From: Schmidtea polychroa
Taxonomy: Eukaryota
Length of the DNA stretch: 64,000 bases
Direction: 5' to 3'
Assembly: GCA_044892525.1 (NCBI GenBank)
Contig: CM097888.1
Span: forward strand, 28,024,001-28,088,000
This document shows positions 14,934-27,700 of this stretch, in pieces. Within the stretch, counting starts at the first letter, position 1. Each line of letters begins with the position of its first letter. Below the pieces are notes generated by a model. That model ran no database searches. It worked only from the letters and a program-made list of their open reading frames with translations, and had not been told where the DNA came from. Both the position numbers and the translations under genes were made by a program.

Positions 14934-15518
14934 ATGTCAAATTTTGAATGGCCTTGGCAATATAATTTCCCACCATTTTTCACTCTCCAGCCAAATGCTG
15001 AGACTAGAAAGAAACAAATAGATTCTTGGTGTCAATTGGTATTATCTTATCACCAAAATTTCAAGCAATATACTTTAAATATTAAAGATTCATATCAGTC
15101 ACCATTATTTTCAAATAAGTCTATAGATCGGAAAGTTAGGTCAGATCTATTAACATGTATATTAGATGAATTACAAAAACGTGGTAATCTTGAATGGACC
15201 GATAAGTAAAGATAATCAATCAACTGAAATGTTAAATTAATTTAGTGCATATAATACAGGTCTAAAGTTACATGCAAAATAATTTGGCGAACTACTGAAG
15301 AATGGAGCGATTTGATTTACAAATGGGTTAAAAAAAGTGGAAATGTTAATACAATATGCACTTTATATGAATTAACGGATGGTGATGAAACAGAAAATGA
15401 GCCATTTCATGGATTAGACAAAAGTATACTTATTTCGGCAATTCGAATTCTTGAAAAAAACAAGCGAGCTGAATTGCTAATCTCGGATGATCTTGAAGGT
15501 GTCAAATTTTTTCAGTGA
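14934..15518 (+). CDS. VPS25: ESCRT-II subunit VPS25; exons 14934-15205 and 15260-15518
   Basis: MSNFEWPWQYNFPPFFTLQP signature, 54-bp GT-AG intron, WRTTEEW..IYKWV..ICTLYEL..GVKFFQ*. Confidence 0.96.
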
Positions 15519-16749
15519 TTTGAAATGAATTACAAACGACATGCGTCTTTTATCATTGTATAATTTAAATATTTATAATGTTTATAAATCAAGTATATTA
15601 TCATTATGAATTTAAAATGAAATTTAAAAGTAATGCATACGACAACAAATGAGTATCGCTTAATTATTCTAAATTTGTTTAATGCATTTGTATCCCAAAA
15701 TATTTACTCGTAGTACAATTATAGTAATAAGAAGCAGAATGATTTTAAATGATATTAAAAATGCAAAAGTTAAAGATAAAACAATATAGATTACAAATCT
15801 TTCTCTATCAATTATATTTGCAGAAGGTGGCATGGGAATTTGGTAGATATTGTAAAAATAGTGTATAAAAAATTTGGAGGCATGCAAAAATAAAAATATT
15901 TAATAAATTTATTGACTAAACTTAGAATTAAACAGTTGTATGGGATATATTATGACAGAAAACACACGGAAATTAGATTACATGCTCTTTTAAGAACCCT
16001 GGAAAACGTATGTATTCCACACGTGGGTTAGACCAGCTTGTAAAATTTATTACCCACATTGTTTTGTACCAACAACATTATGTACAATTAACCTCACATT
16101 CCTAAATACTTTTGCACATAATTTAACAAGGAGTTGCAAACTAAAATTTTGAGCTGAAGAATTCAAATTTTAAATATAAATTTACACTTAAATGGAATGT
16201 TCATATTGTTGGTGTATGAGGGGAGAATGGAAAAATAAAATTCATCATCAGCTGTACCATCACGTGTATTCAACTCAGATCTTCCCCGATCATACTCCAA
16301 TTGACTTCATGAATATTCCCTCATGTGAGCCCGTGGCGATGTTCCACGTTGGTCGTGCCCACACGGGTTGGAGTTGGCTAACAGGTGAGCCCCTGCCTTA
16401 GGACTACTGATAACCCACTCGCGGTTCAGGTTCCACGGTGCCTTAGAAGGACTTACCCCTATTCATACATCAACCACGGTCCGATCCTGGTCCAAAGGAA
16501 CGACCTTTATCCTGATTACATTCATCTCACAGCATTATTTCGTTTATCCTGATTTCAAAATCAAACATACGGGAACTTCACAAGACAAAATCGAACAGAA
16601 AAATATATTGACACCGAAAACACAAAAGCAATTACATCGTTACCAATGATAGATTAACAACATTCGATCAATTTGAACATGCAGCATTATCAACGTTTGC
16701 AAGTTGAATCACAACCCGAAGAGAAATCGAGATCGAACGGGGATCGTTT

Positions 16750-17495
16750 CTAGGCAAAGTTTTCTCCGTCGGCGATTATCTCATCGATGTCGACAGGCAA
16801 TCGACAATCCGATATGAATCTGATGCCGTTGGCCGGGACAATCCGGAAAACTTCCTTCGAGGGGATCGAATGAGTGGATGATATTTCTGTTATTTTCGAC
16901 TGCGCCGCAGATAATGACGCTTCGAGCGCCTTCATGGCATTTCTGCGTTTTTTATTCTTCTCGGCCCTGGTTGGATGCTTGCGTTTTTGGGGTTTCAGAT
17001 TTTCTCCTCCAGCCGTGATGACGGTAGGTGCCACTAGAACGGGGGCCAAAATTGGGTCAGAGGTAAATATCCCGACAGCACTGGGGCTGGGATGGGCGGT
17101 AGATGTGAACCGTGCCCTTTACAAGTTGTGGTAGAAGTTGTAGAAGACTGATGGTGGAGAGGGAAAACATTTGTTCCGTCGACGACAGGAAATTCGCGCA
17201 CTCGCTTGGCTAGTTCTGCCTCCGTATAGACTTTATGGAGGGCTTCGGACTGGGCCTTTATTGTGAGCCTTTGGCAGCGGCTCTCTTCCAGTAGGCTGTC
17301 CCTACAGTGTTCTAATCTGAGGATCTTAGTCCTTTCCTCCTTCATTTGTGGCGGGGAGAACCACGTGCCTTCGTAAAGATCTATCCTCTTCTTGAGGGCC
17401 CCGATGTACAAGTGCAGTTGAGCGATGTCCGCGTTCTTGTCGGCACAAGAGAAACACGGGCGAAGTCCTTTGGCTTTGTTGGGCGATGTAGTCAT
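16750..17495 (-). pseudogene. Frameshifted copy of the LTR-encoded ~250-aa ORF
   Basis: ORFs 17034-17495 and 16750-17049 together align with intact ORF 39251-40012. Confidence 0.85.
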
Positions 17496-19953
17496 CTAGA
17501 AGGTCAATCATTTGTTAGGTTTATTCGAAAAAACATCTACTGGTACGATATTGTCGATTCTAGAACTTAGGTTTGGTGTTCTATCAATCGTTCCATACAC
17601 CGATAACTCACCGACCTCATCACCCCTTCCTATTCACAGTCATTCTTTAGCAAACAAACACAATTTCTTCAACTAGCTTAGGCAAATTAAGAAAAACAAA
17701 CGGGGAAAAATACCGAATTAATTTATTCCATAAAAATTAACGTTTAATTTCAGATTGGATGGGCCCCCATCTATTCCCCCTTTTTTGGTGATTGTTGATT
17801 GTTACTTCTATCTCATTTCCATCATTCTACAAATAATTAAAAATCCACTTCTTAGTATTGTGGTTCGTCGATTTGTGTATGACTAGTGCTGGTGAGTCTG
17901 AATTCGGTGACATTTATTTTTACTTGTATGTTATAAACTCTGATCAACGTTAAAAATTCAAAATTAGATTATACCAAAAATGCAGCATGAATTAAAATAC
18001 TAATTGTTTGTAGAACGCGCTATATTCGTTGTCATGGTGACGCCCACTCAGGTGTGCTTGTGTTATGTTTAATTCTTATTATACGAGTTATTATGTTCTG
18101 TTAGATTAGCCCAGCCTTGTGCTTTCATATGTTGTTATTTCTCTATAATAGTCGAGACAATTCGATGTCGTATCAAATCACGGTAAAAACGATCTGTTCT
18201 GTTGTCCATACACATCATCCTACTATCTCAGGAAATTGCGAATAGACTATGATGTAATTATGACGTCGCAGAAAATTCTACTATCTAGAGTACTTTGCTA
18301 TCCTACTGCGAGGAAATCTGCGATAGAGTGTGCAGGTATAAGCAGTTACGAGACGCAATAGATTTGAATTGCTACTAAATGTTCTACGAGCATCAGCCTT
18401 GGACAGTATGTGGCAATTCGGTGAGTAATGAATGAGCTGGAATTTACAATCTACTTCGCTTATCATACGGCCAACGTAAGACAATGTCTACCCACGCGCC
18501 AACTAGACAAATCATCGTGGAAATTAACCTATTATCAGCGCTATCTGATTTCGTCGGTCATTCAATTCGATTAGCTACAATCCGACTGTAGTCCCTTTAC
18601 CAATTATCAGATAACTCCGCAGGCGATTCATCGAGTCAATCAACGATTAGCCGATATTCCTGTCGGTGGTTTCTCTCATCTCTATCGTAAGTATCCTGAT
18701 AATTCTCATGCTTTATTTACTTTATTTGCAGAAAACGGTGCTTATCAGTAACCCGAGTGTCAACAATCAAGTCTAAAAGTACATCCCCTATGGATTTCAT
18801 CGCTAACGTTCTGGCGATCCAAATCAGACGATACCTCGTGAATTTACTATGCTGCAGAAAAACCGTTGGATTTAATCGCAAACGGTGGTCGACAAGATTC
18901 TTTCTTAGCTGCTCTGATCGACAGGCTGATTTTCCTGAAAGATTTTCCTCAATCTATGTGAAGTTTTATTGGATCTATCTAAACACTCATATCGATCTAA
19001 GTCTGGATTATCCTCTGTTGGGAGTTCAAGCTACCTATACGAATATCAGAAATCTCGATATAACTGAACGAAATGATAGAATATCCTCCTAACGATCGCT
19101 CTGGGTGAAGGAAAATTTTACTCCTTAACTGGATTTTTAGCCTACCGAGTCTCATCACCCCTCGTGACCACCCAAGAAGGCATTCATCTCTGCCGCCATT
19201 CTTGCACCGCCATGAGGGACCAATCAACTCCTTCACATTTCATTAAATCAGTAATTTATGACAAAACAATAAATGATGCTCATATGAATAAAAGATAAAA
19301 ATCTACCCGGCGACCCTATCATTTGGACTCCAAGTATGAGGCCTCTTCCCATTAAATCACGCCTTTGAGCATTGCATTGGCGAACATCTCCTCCATCATT
19401 ATCGTATCCTCTCAACACCCTAATGTCTTCTCAACATCGTCGGGATGCATATCATGAAAATCCCTCGTAGCTATCTCATTTGCCATCATACTTGGAGTTA
19501 CCAGATGATACAGTCGCCGGCACCATGAAGAAAAGGCTCTTGTTCATTTAAAATAAATTTATTTCCTGAAATTTGTCTTATTATATTTACAAAGATTAAA
19601 TCCTATAAAATTAAACCATTCAAAAATTTACTAAATTAACTATAAACAACTCAACATACCTAGAGTTTTCGAAAACTAGATCAATCGGTTGAAACTAAAA
19701 TTTGCCTTGAATAGGTTTGTCGCTAAATTCACTATGGATTTCTTTCTAGAGTCGAACTAGTAATTCTTGAACTAGTTTGCCATAATAAAGTTTTGCGTAA
19801 ATCTGTAAATTCTGTAGAGTAGCTTCCAAAATAATGTCCGAAAATGGTTTCTAAGTCTGTAGAGTATAGCGGTTAAATGGTCAAGTTAAAAACAATAAAA
19901 TTTTACCTGTAGGGTATAGCGGTTAAATGGTACTCTACATATATTTTCCGTTG

Positions 19954-19977
19954 CTTATATACTATTTTCCGTCCAAT
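19954..19977 (-). promoter_or_regulatory. LTR promoter: inverted CCAAT box plus TATATAAG
   Basis: ATTGG followed by TATATAAG on the minus strand; conserved in the second LTR at 42419-42442. Confidence 0.55.
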
Positions 19978-21769
19978 CAGGACGCGACTAGCTTGTAATT
20001 TCGTTATTTATTGTTATTTTTATGTTTTTATTATACTATATTAGATTTTTTAATAACTAACTTATTTCTTATTATTAGTTTATTTATTTTCTTATTTTTA
20101 CTATTTTCCTCCTATTTTTCCTGCTGGTTTATTGCTACTTTATAACAATATAATTTTTTTGTTTTAATTAGACTTAAAAACAGTTTTATTTTTATTTATT
20201 GCTTTAATTTCTCATTTATTTTCTCACCTTTTTTTGCTTATTCTAATTCTATTTTATTCATTGTGTGTTTTAAATCGTTTCTCCTTGATTTATCTCGTAA
20301 TCTTAGGGGTTTTATTAATTTGTCCCCTATTCTTATTTCTTTTATGGGTATTTTATTGTTTCTCCTTCTTTACTACTGGGATTTGATGGTAATTTTATTT
20401 TTTATTTTATTTTATTTATTTTTTCGAGGTTCGCTTCTCTATTTGATCCAGTTTTTTCCACTCTAAACTTTAGCCCAACAATATCCGAGCAATATTGGAG
20501 CATTCATTAAGGACTTCTCGAAAAGAGCAACTCAATTGCTTGCCTATAAACCTAGAGCATGCGTCATTGTGATTTATACGTCACAATTGGTTTTTTTGAA
20601 TCGGCAACAGCTACTGCCAAAGTTTTTGGATTTTCCTTTTGTTCTTCATATACAAAATCTATAAAAATCGGTTTAACACTATTGTGCTTTGCAACTTGAC
20701 TGTGTTCTGGGCGTCTTAGTTTCGCTGGAACGACATGCACATCATTTTCCCTTCATTTGAATCAGTTAGAAGACTTTGGAGACATAAGATTTATTAATAC
20801 TAAAAAACTGATTATCCTTCTGAAAATGAAATGCATTGAGGATTAGTTTTAGTAATAGAACTCACCTGGTCATTTATTATCAGCCACTATGTATTTTATC
20901 AACGTGGTTGTTGCTTCGAGTATGTGGATGGTAAAAATAAAATAAGCATGAAAACGTTTAGCTAAGAATCGACGATACATCTAATGACAACTTTAGAGTA
21001 TCTAAATGACGCACCCATAAGCACTAACACAAGTTACAGATAGGGCGCGGTAGGCTCACCCAGAGACACGTCATAGCATTAACAATCCCTGAGCTTGGGT
21101 TCACCTTTTGATTGTGACCACCTCTAATATGCAAGACTAATTTTGCTTGGATCGGGTAACTTAGTGGATAGAAAATAGCGAATGAAATAAATTTTTTCGG
21201 ATTCCGAATGAAAATGAGGATAATTGCAGTTAGACCATATTGTAACCCAATAATAAGGGAAAGTTGATACAACTTTATGTGTGCATAGTTTTTAAAAACA
21301 TAAACTTAAAATAATTAAAAATAGGCGAAATTAATGAAGAGAACAATTGAAAATGAATAAAACACAGAGAAGAAAATGATATTTTCACTGTAGGAGAGAC
21401 CTGTTAGCAAGCCTAGTCTTAATCATATATTTGAATATAGTAATAATAGAACAAAAGCCATGAATAAATATATATTTTCCCGGAAGTTCATCAGTTTTGT
21501 CTTACATTGCAAACACGTCACTAATCTGTTTTAATTAATTTCATTTGAATATTAGATTCCAATAATTCTTTCAGTTAATTTTATAAATTTTTTGACAATT
21601 TTAATATTTTTAAATATAAAATTTATTTTATCAATTATTTAATTGAATCCAAAGTTAGTATAAAGTATTCTCATAATACTAAATCTTTTGTTTTAATAAT
21701 CATTTTTTTCTAGCATTAATTTAATTATTAGATTTCTTTGAGCATATTAGTGAACATTTTTTGTTTGAT

Positions 21770-24700
21770 ATGGGAATCTGGAAAGCAGTTACTTTCTTCC
21801 ACGTTGAATATCAATCAGGTTTAGTCTATATTAATTAAAAAAATTTATTGTTTACGTTTAGGTGATATAATTGGACAATTTTTAGCCTGGTGTAGTTTAA
21901 TTCCGATATTAAGTTATGTCGTTCTCATTACGTTAGTAATATTCCGCAGGGATATTTATACAGTAATTTTATACTCTAGTAATTATGATTCTATATTTTT
22001 TCTAGATATTTTTTCTCTTTGGTGCCTTAATAAATAATTTTTTTAATTTAATTTTAAAATTATTCCTAAAACATGCTCGACCAAATAAGCCAAGTAGAAT
22101 TAAACAATTAATTTTCATATATTATTTGCATTCTGTTTAGACGGTAATGTATTAAGCTCATATGGAATGCCATCAGATCACTCTCAAACTATTTGGTTTT
22201 TATTTTCTTTTCTTTCACTATTTATTTTGCTTCGGTAAGTTTTTTGTTTTGAATTGGAATTCCTTTTATTGAACTGCCACTTAATTGCAATAACAAAGTA
22301 AATAATAACATATCAATTAAAAATTGAATAATTATCAACACTGTTTATTTTTGTAAAACAAAATTATGATGAAATTTTGATTTTTGAACGGCTTGAAATG
22401 TGTGTTATCCCATAACCATATGATTAATGACTGGCTATGCTTTTTATTAGCCTATAATTATCATTGAGTCTTCTCTTTTCATTAACCTTTCTTTCATTTA
22501 AATTATTAGCATCGTAAAGTTAACGTTTTTTTATTTTTTGCTGACTTTAATTTCCTAAAGTTTCAAAAGAAATTTAATACCGATAAAGTGGCGAATTTAA
22601 ATTATTAAATACAATTACAGAAATAAAAGAAACGATAAGAGTTCATTAAAAGAAAACATGTCAATATTAGACAAAGTAAATACTAAGAGAAAAAACTGAT
22701 ATTGCTAAAGAATATGGAATTGCTCTACGAATTTTCAAGTTATCAAAACGATTTAGGTTTTAGATACTCAAATTCATAATGCGCGCTTTTTGAAAATGTT
22801 GATAAGCCGTTTATTTAATACAGATAAAGTGGCGAATTTAAATTATTAAATACAATTACGAGACTTTAGAGTAAGAAATATTTCAATCAACCTCCAAATA
22901 ATACGAGATAAAGTTTTTGAATTTTTGAGACTTTAAGGAGTTTGGAATTTTTAAATGAATTTTGGGAGACTTCATAGATCTAGAGAAACATGTGATGTGG
23001 TTAATGAATAGGAGAATGAATTGTTGAGAATTGAAAAAAAATTAATATCTGAATATAAATTTAAAGATAGTTCTTACTTTGATAAAGTGGGATTATTCTA
23101 CCAGCTTCTTTCCGAGCCGGTATTGTACTGGATATTATTATTATTTGAGGCGAGTAATATTTCGATATTCGTAAAGTTCAAATTCATTCATTTGATCAGA
23201 ATTTGATTTTGTTGTTTATGCATTACCGCCATAGACAATTAAAAGTATTTTCAATATGAAATTAATGTTTCCGGTTTCGTTTCATCATTTTGTCAAGTTT
23301 ATATAGCACGCAATCCTTAACTAAACTTAAAAAATGTTGGCAACGTGATATTCGTATGCATATAGTCATAATCATGTTCATTTAACAAAGTTTGAAGTTT
23401 GGATAGAATGATGTGTCATACCATAAACACTTGAATGCTAGTATAGTAATTAAGATTAATTTTTTATCTAAATTAATTCACCAATGTCATTATGTTAATA
23501 TTTTGTGATACTAACTGTATACGCTTACTGGGAAATTTGTCATTACAAAAACAATGAATACATCATGGATATATCTTTTAATAACTCTCAAAATATGACT
23601 GAAGTCTGCTGAAATGAAACATTATATTTTTCTTGTTTTCCGAGAAAGGCCAATATTCTACTGAAATAATACTATATCTATGCTTACAGGGTTTCAAGTC
23701 GTATTATGACAAACATAACATATTTTTTGAATATTTTAATATAATCTTTGACAATGTTAAATACATTAATGACAATATTAATAAAATAAATGCCAATTTA
23801 AATAATATTAATGACAATAATACATATATTAATGTAATATATTACAAAAAATGTAATGACAAAAAAATTAAGTGACATTTAATTAAGAATAATTTCTCCC
23901 TCAATACATCTTGGTATATATGACCACATATTTCGCACATAATTACTACAGTCTTGTGAAGATATTAGGGTACTTCCATTTTCAATTGCTCGCATAAGAT
24001 CATCTTCATTTCTGGGGTTGGTTCTTTTGGTGATTTCCTTCCACTTGCTGAACATGTTCTCAATAGGATTGAGAAAAGGGGAGTACGGCGGAAGAAATTT
24101 TACAGTTGTATTTTCATTATTTATAGCGCTAAGCACTTCAGGACTTTTATGGAACTTAACATTATCCATTATGAATACGCATCTGTGAATCTCTTTATCA
24201 ATTAAAACTTCCTTTAGCTCTGTTATATATTCGATAAACTTATCTTTATTGAGGGCCCGATTAAAAGATTTATAAAACAATAACCCATTTTTGTTCATTG
24301 CACATGCTAAAGATATATTTCTTGATCGTATGGTCGGTACATTTAATGTTGCAGGAGTGCCTATTTGTGATCTTCCTCTTGTTGTTCTCAAAGAAACGTT
24401 GAATCCCACCTCATCAATAAATATTAATTCTTGTTCTGAATATATACTTAGTATAGAAGAGAATTTAAGTGCATATTCTTTTCTTGTTTCAATTACTTCT
24501 GTTGAATTACTTCTCTCTGGAATTAAATGAAGTCTTTTCATTGAATAATGAAAACGAGATAATAAATTATATACATAAGTTGTGGATATTCTAATTTGAA
24601 ACTCTGTAAATACCTTTTCCGCTAAAACTTTCAACGATAATTGGCAGTTATTATCAACCCACTCTTTTACTTGATTTTTTTGATCCTCTGTCAATTTTTG

Positions 24701-27700
24701 TGGATGATCGCCGCCTCTCTTATCAGCTTCCACCACTCCAGTGTTATGGTACTTCTTCAAAATACCATAAATTGTAGTTCTTTTTATTGATAAAATTCGA
24801 GAAATATCAACTATTGAAGTCCCGTCATCGTATGCTGTAATAACACGATCTCTATCAGCATTTGAAGTTGTACTATTTCTTCGTTGTACTCGAAAAGTGT
24901 TACGGATAGCTGGTTCGGCAGTGTTATCACTTTCGACTAGGGTTGTTAAACGAAAATCGGAAATCCGATTTTCGATTTTGAAAACGAATATCGGTTTCTT
25001 TATTTCACAAAACGATAATCGGTTTTGTTTGTCTTTTACATATTATACAGATAAATTGAATGCCGGGAATTTAATTTTGTTCATTGTTTACTACTGTATC
25101 CATTCAATTTTACCGACAGAAAGGGGCAGTTTTTTTCAACTCGTCAAAACTCCTTACAACGTGTTTGTACATGAGTCAATCTTTTCAATTATCAGATTCC
25201 TGTAACAACGGCAAGAGGTTGCTCTAGTATTCCAACATATCTCACCGACTGACCAGTTATTTGTCAGTTGATGTCCGTAATCGGCAACCGCTGATTTGTT
25301 TTATACAGCCCCTGACAGGTACTGTGCCCATTAAATCTTTTAATCGGGACCAGCTGAGGCCAAGGTTGTGGTTGTGTGTTTTAGTATTTGCATTTTGCCG
25401 GTTTTGTTTGGCAACCTGATGTTTGTTGCCGAAATCGGCCACCAAAGATTTGATTACTGCAGTCCATAACAGAAGCTTAGCTATTAACCCCCTTGACAGG
25501 GACTAGATGTGGCCGAGGTCGGCGATTTTGTGTTTAGTCCGTGAAGGTCTATTTTGCAATCTGATATCTTGCATCTGCGAACCGGTTAAAAGTTTATTCT
25601 GGTTTTAACTTAAAACCAGAATAAACTAAATTGCATACCGCATCATCTTCATGAAAGCCAGATGTAAAGAGATCGAAAGACATGTGCCATTCCTCGAATC
25701 ATAATGTTTGGTTGTTTACCCATTGAAATATGGAAGAGAGTTGGACACTAGGACAAACTTCAAGTTTGGGTGACGACCATTCTCAAATTTATTCAGTTTG
25801 TTGATCTTTTGACAATGTTTAAGAGGCTGCTCAGGTCGAAGTAAATTGATTTTCGGGATTTTAATTTATGACAAGATTTTGGAAAGTCCAATCCATGGTT
25901 CAAATCTACTATAAACATATAAACTGTTATATAATTTCCATTCATTCAGTTAGTTGCTCTTGTAGTAGCTGTTATTAATCCATATAATTGAAAATTGCGG
26001 TTTAGTTTGAATATTACGTAATATTCAATAAACATTTTTTATATTATCTAAATCAATACAAAATCAGTTTAAATTTATGGGTTTCCGTATAAATAAGTCT
26101 GACGTCTGGGACAATTTTGATAAAATTTCGGCGACGATGGCACAATGTAAGCTCTGTGCACAGCAAATAAGTAGGAATGGAGGTACTACGACTGGTTTGC
26201 ATGCACATTTGCGTAGCAAACATGGTGGATTAACAACATCTTCAAATACTCAAACACGATTGACTGCATTGATTACAACACAAAGAAATTGTCCGAGTAG
26301 TAAACAGGAAAAAATTACGGCTGCTGTTGGGTGATTGATTTCCGAAAATATGTTGGCAATTTCGCTCGTGGAATCGAAATCCTTCCGTGAATTGATGGCG
26401 ATAGTGGAGCCAGGATATCGTCCTCCGTGTCGTCAGACGATGACAGCACGACTAACAGCAATGAAAAATAATTTAGTGGTCAAAATGTCGAAATATATCC
26501 ATGAAAATGTCAAGGACATTGCGATCACTACCGACATCTGGTCTAGTGTCACCAATGAAGCTTATCTCAGTTTTACTGCAAGCTACATTGATACAGACTG
26601 GAATATGATGACGAACAATTCTGATGACTCAACGCCACACACAAGCCGTCATTGCTGACCATCTATGTAGTATAGCTGATGAATGGTCAATAAAAGAAAA
26701 AATTGTTGCATGTGTCCATGATGGTGCATCCAACATCAATCATGCAGGCAATCTCAATGGATGGTTTGACGTTCACTGTGCGGCGCATAAATTGCAACTT
26801 TGCATCAATAATGCAATGGGCTCCCATGTTGTCACGGATCATCAAATTTCCAAATGTATATCAGCTGCAGCACGACTAGTCGGACATTTCTCACATAGCC
26901 CAATGGCAACGGGGGAGCTCCTGAAAAGACAGTTGTCCATGGACAAGGATAAAACGCCACTAAAACTTATTCAGCACTGTAAGACTCGTTGGAACAGCGT
27001 CTATGACATGTTTGAACGACTAGTAGAACTGAGATGGCCAGTAGTTGCAGTATTGAGCGACAAAAAAGTGGTGAAATTGAACGATGCCAAAACGTTGGGC
27101 ATGAAGGACGATTATTGGCAACTGATGACTGAATTGCTCCCTGTTTTAAAAGCGTTGCAGATCGTGACGTCCGTCATGTCAGCCGAAAGCCAGCCATCAG
27201 CCTCTTGTGTTTTTCCCATGTTATGGGGACTCGTGAAAAATCATTTAACCATTAAAAAAGAAGATTCTGACATTATGGGTGAATTTAAGAGAGATCTTGC
27301 TAAGAATATTTCACGTCGTTTTGGATTAGAAAATAATGAAACAGCAAAAAACGAATGCGTTGTTGCATCAATTCTCGATCCGATGTATAAGCATCTTCCT
27401 GGATTTCCTGACGATTTCAAAAAGCTGGCGTATGAAAATGTCCGTCATCTCATCAGACAGCTGCCAGATTGCCCCGAACAGCCGAAGACGAGTCGGGATG
27501 AAGATAACATGATCCCACCAACTAAAAGATCACGACCAAATCATGATGCAGTTAAATTTCTCCTTGGTGATAGTGCAGCACAACAGGCGCCAGAGGAATC
27601 CGACTTTGAATATTACGTCAAATCATCATGGTCGACAAACTCAAGTGAAACAGCCCTGGAGTGGTGGAAACATAATATGAAACTTTTCCCCAAAACAGCT

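Larger units (their letters stand above)
16207..20480 (-). mobile_element. Solo LTR (4274 bp) of the giant Gypsy family
   Basis: TGTTGG...CCAACA termini, 4-bp TSD ATAT on both sides, collinear similarity with 38712-42945 over the full length. Confidence 0.88.

Noticed and set aside
15669-15887. Small hydrophobic minus-strand ORF convergent with VPS25
   Set aside because: No recognisable family or splice support; AT-rich DNA readily yields such ORFs.
18757-19236. Second ORF in the LTRs (also 41200-41885)
   Set aside because: Nucleotide similarity between copies exists, but reading frames and stops are not conserved.
20866-20961. In-frame TGA read as selenocysteine
   Set aside because: All three frames contain stops, there is no selenoprotein motif, and no SECIS could be recognised.
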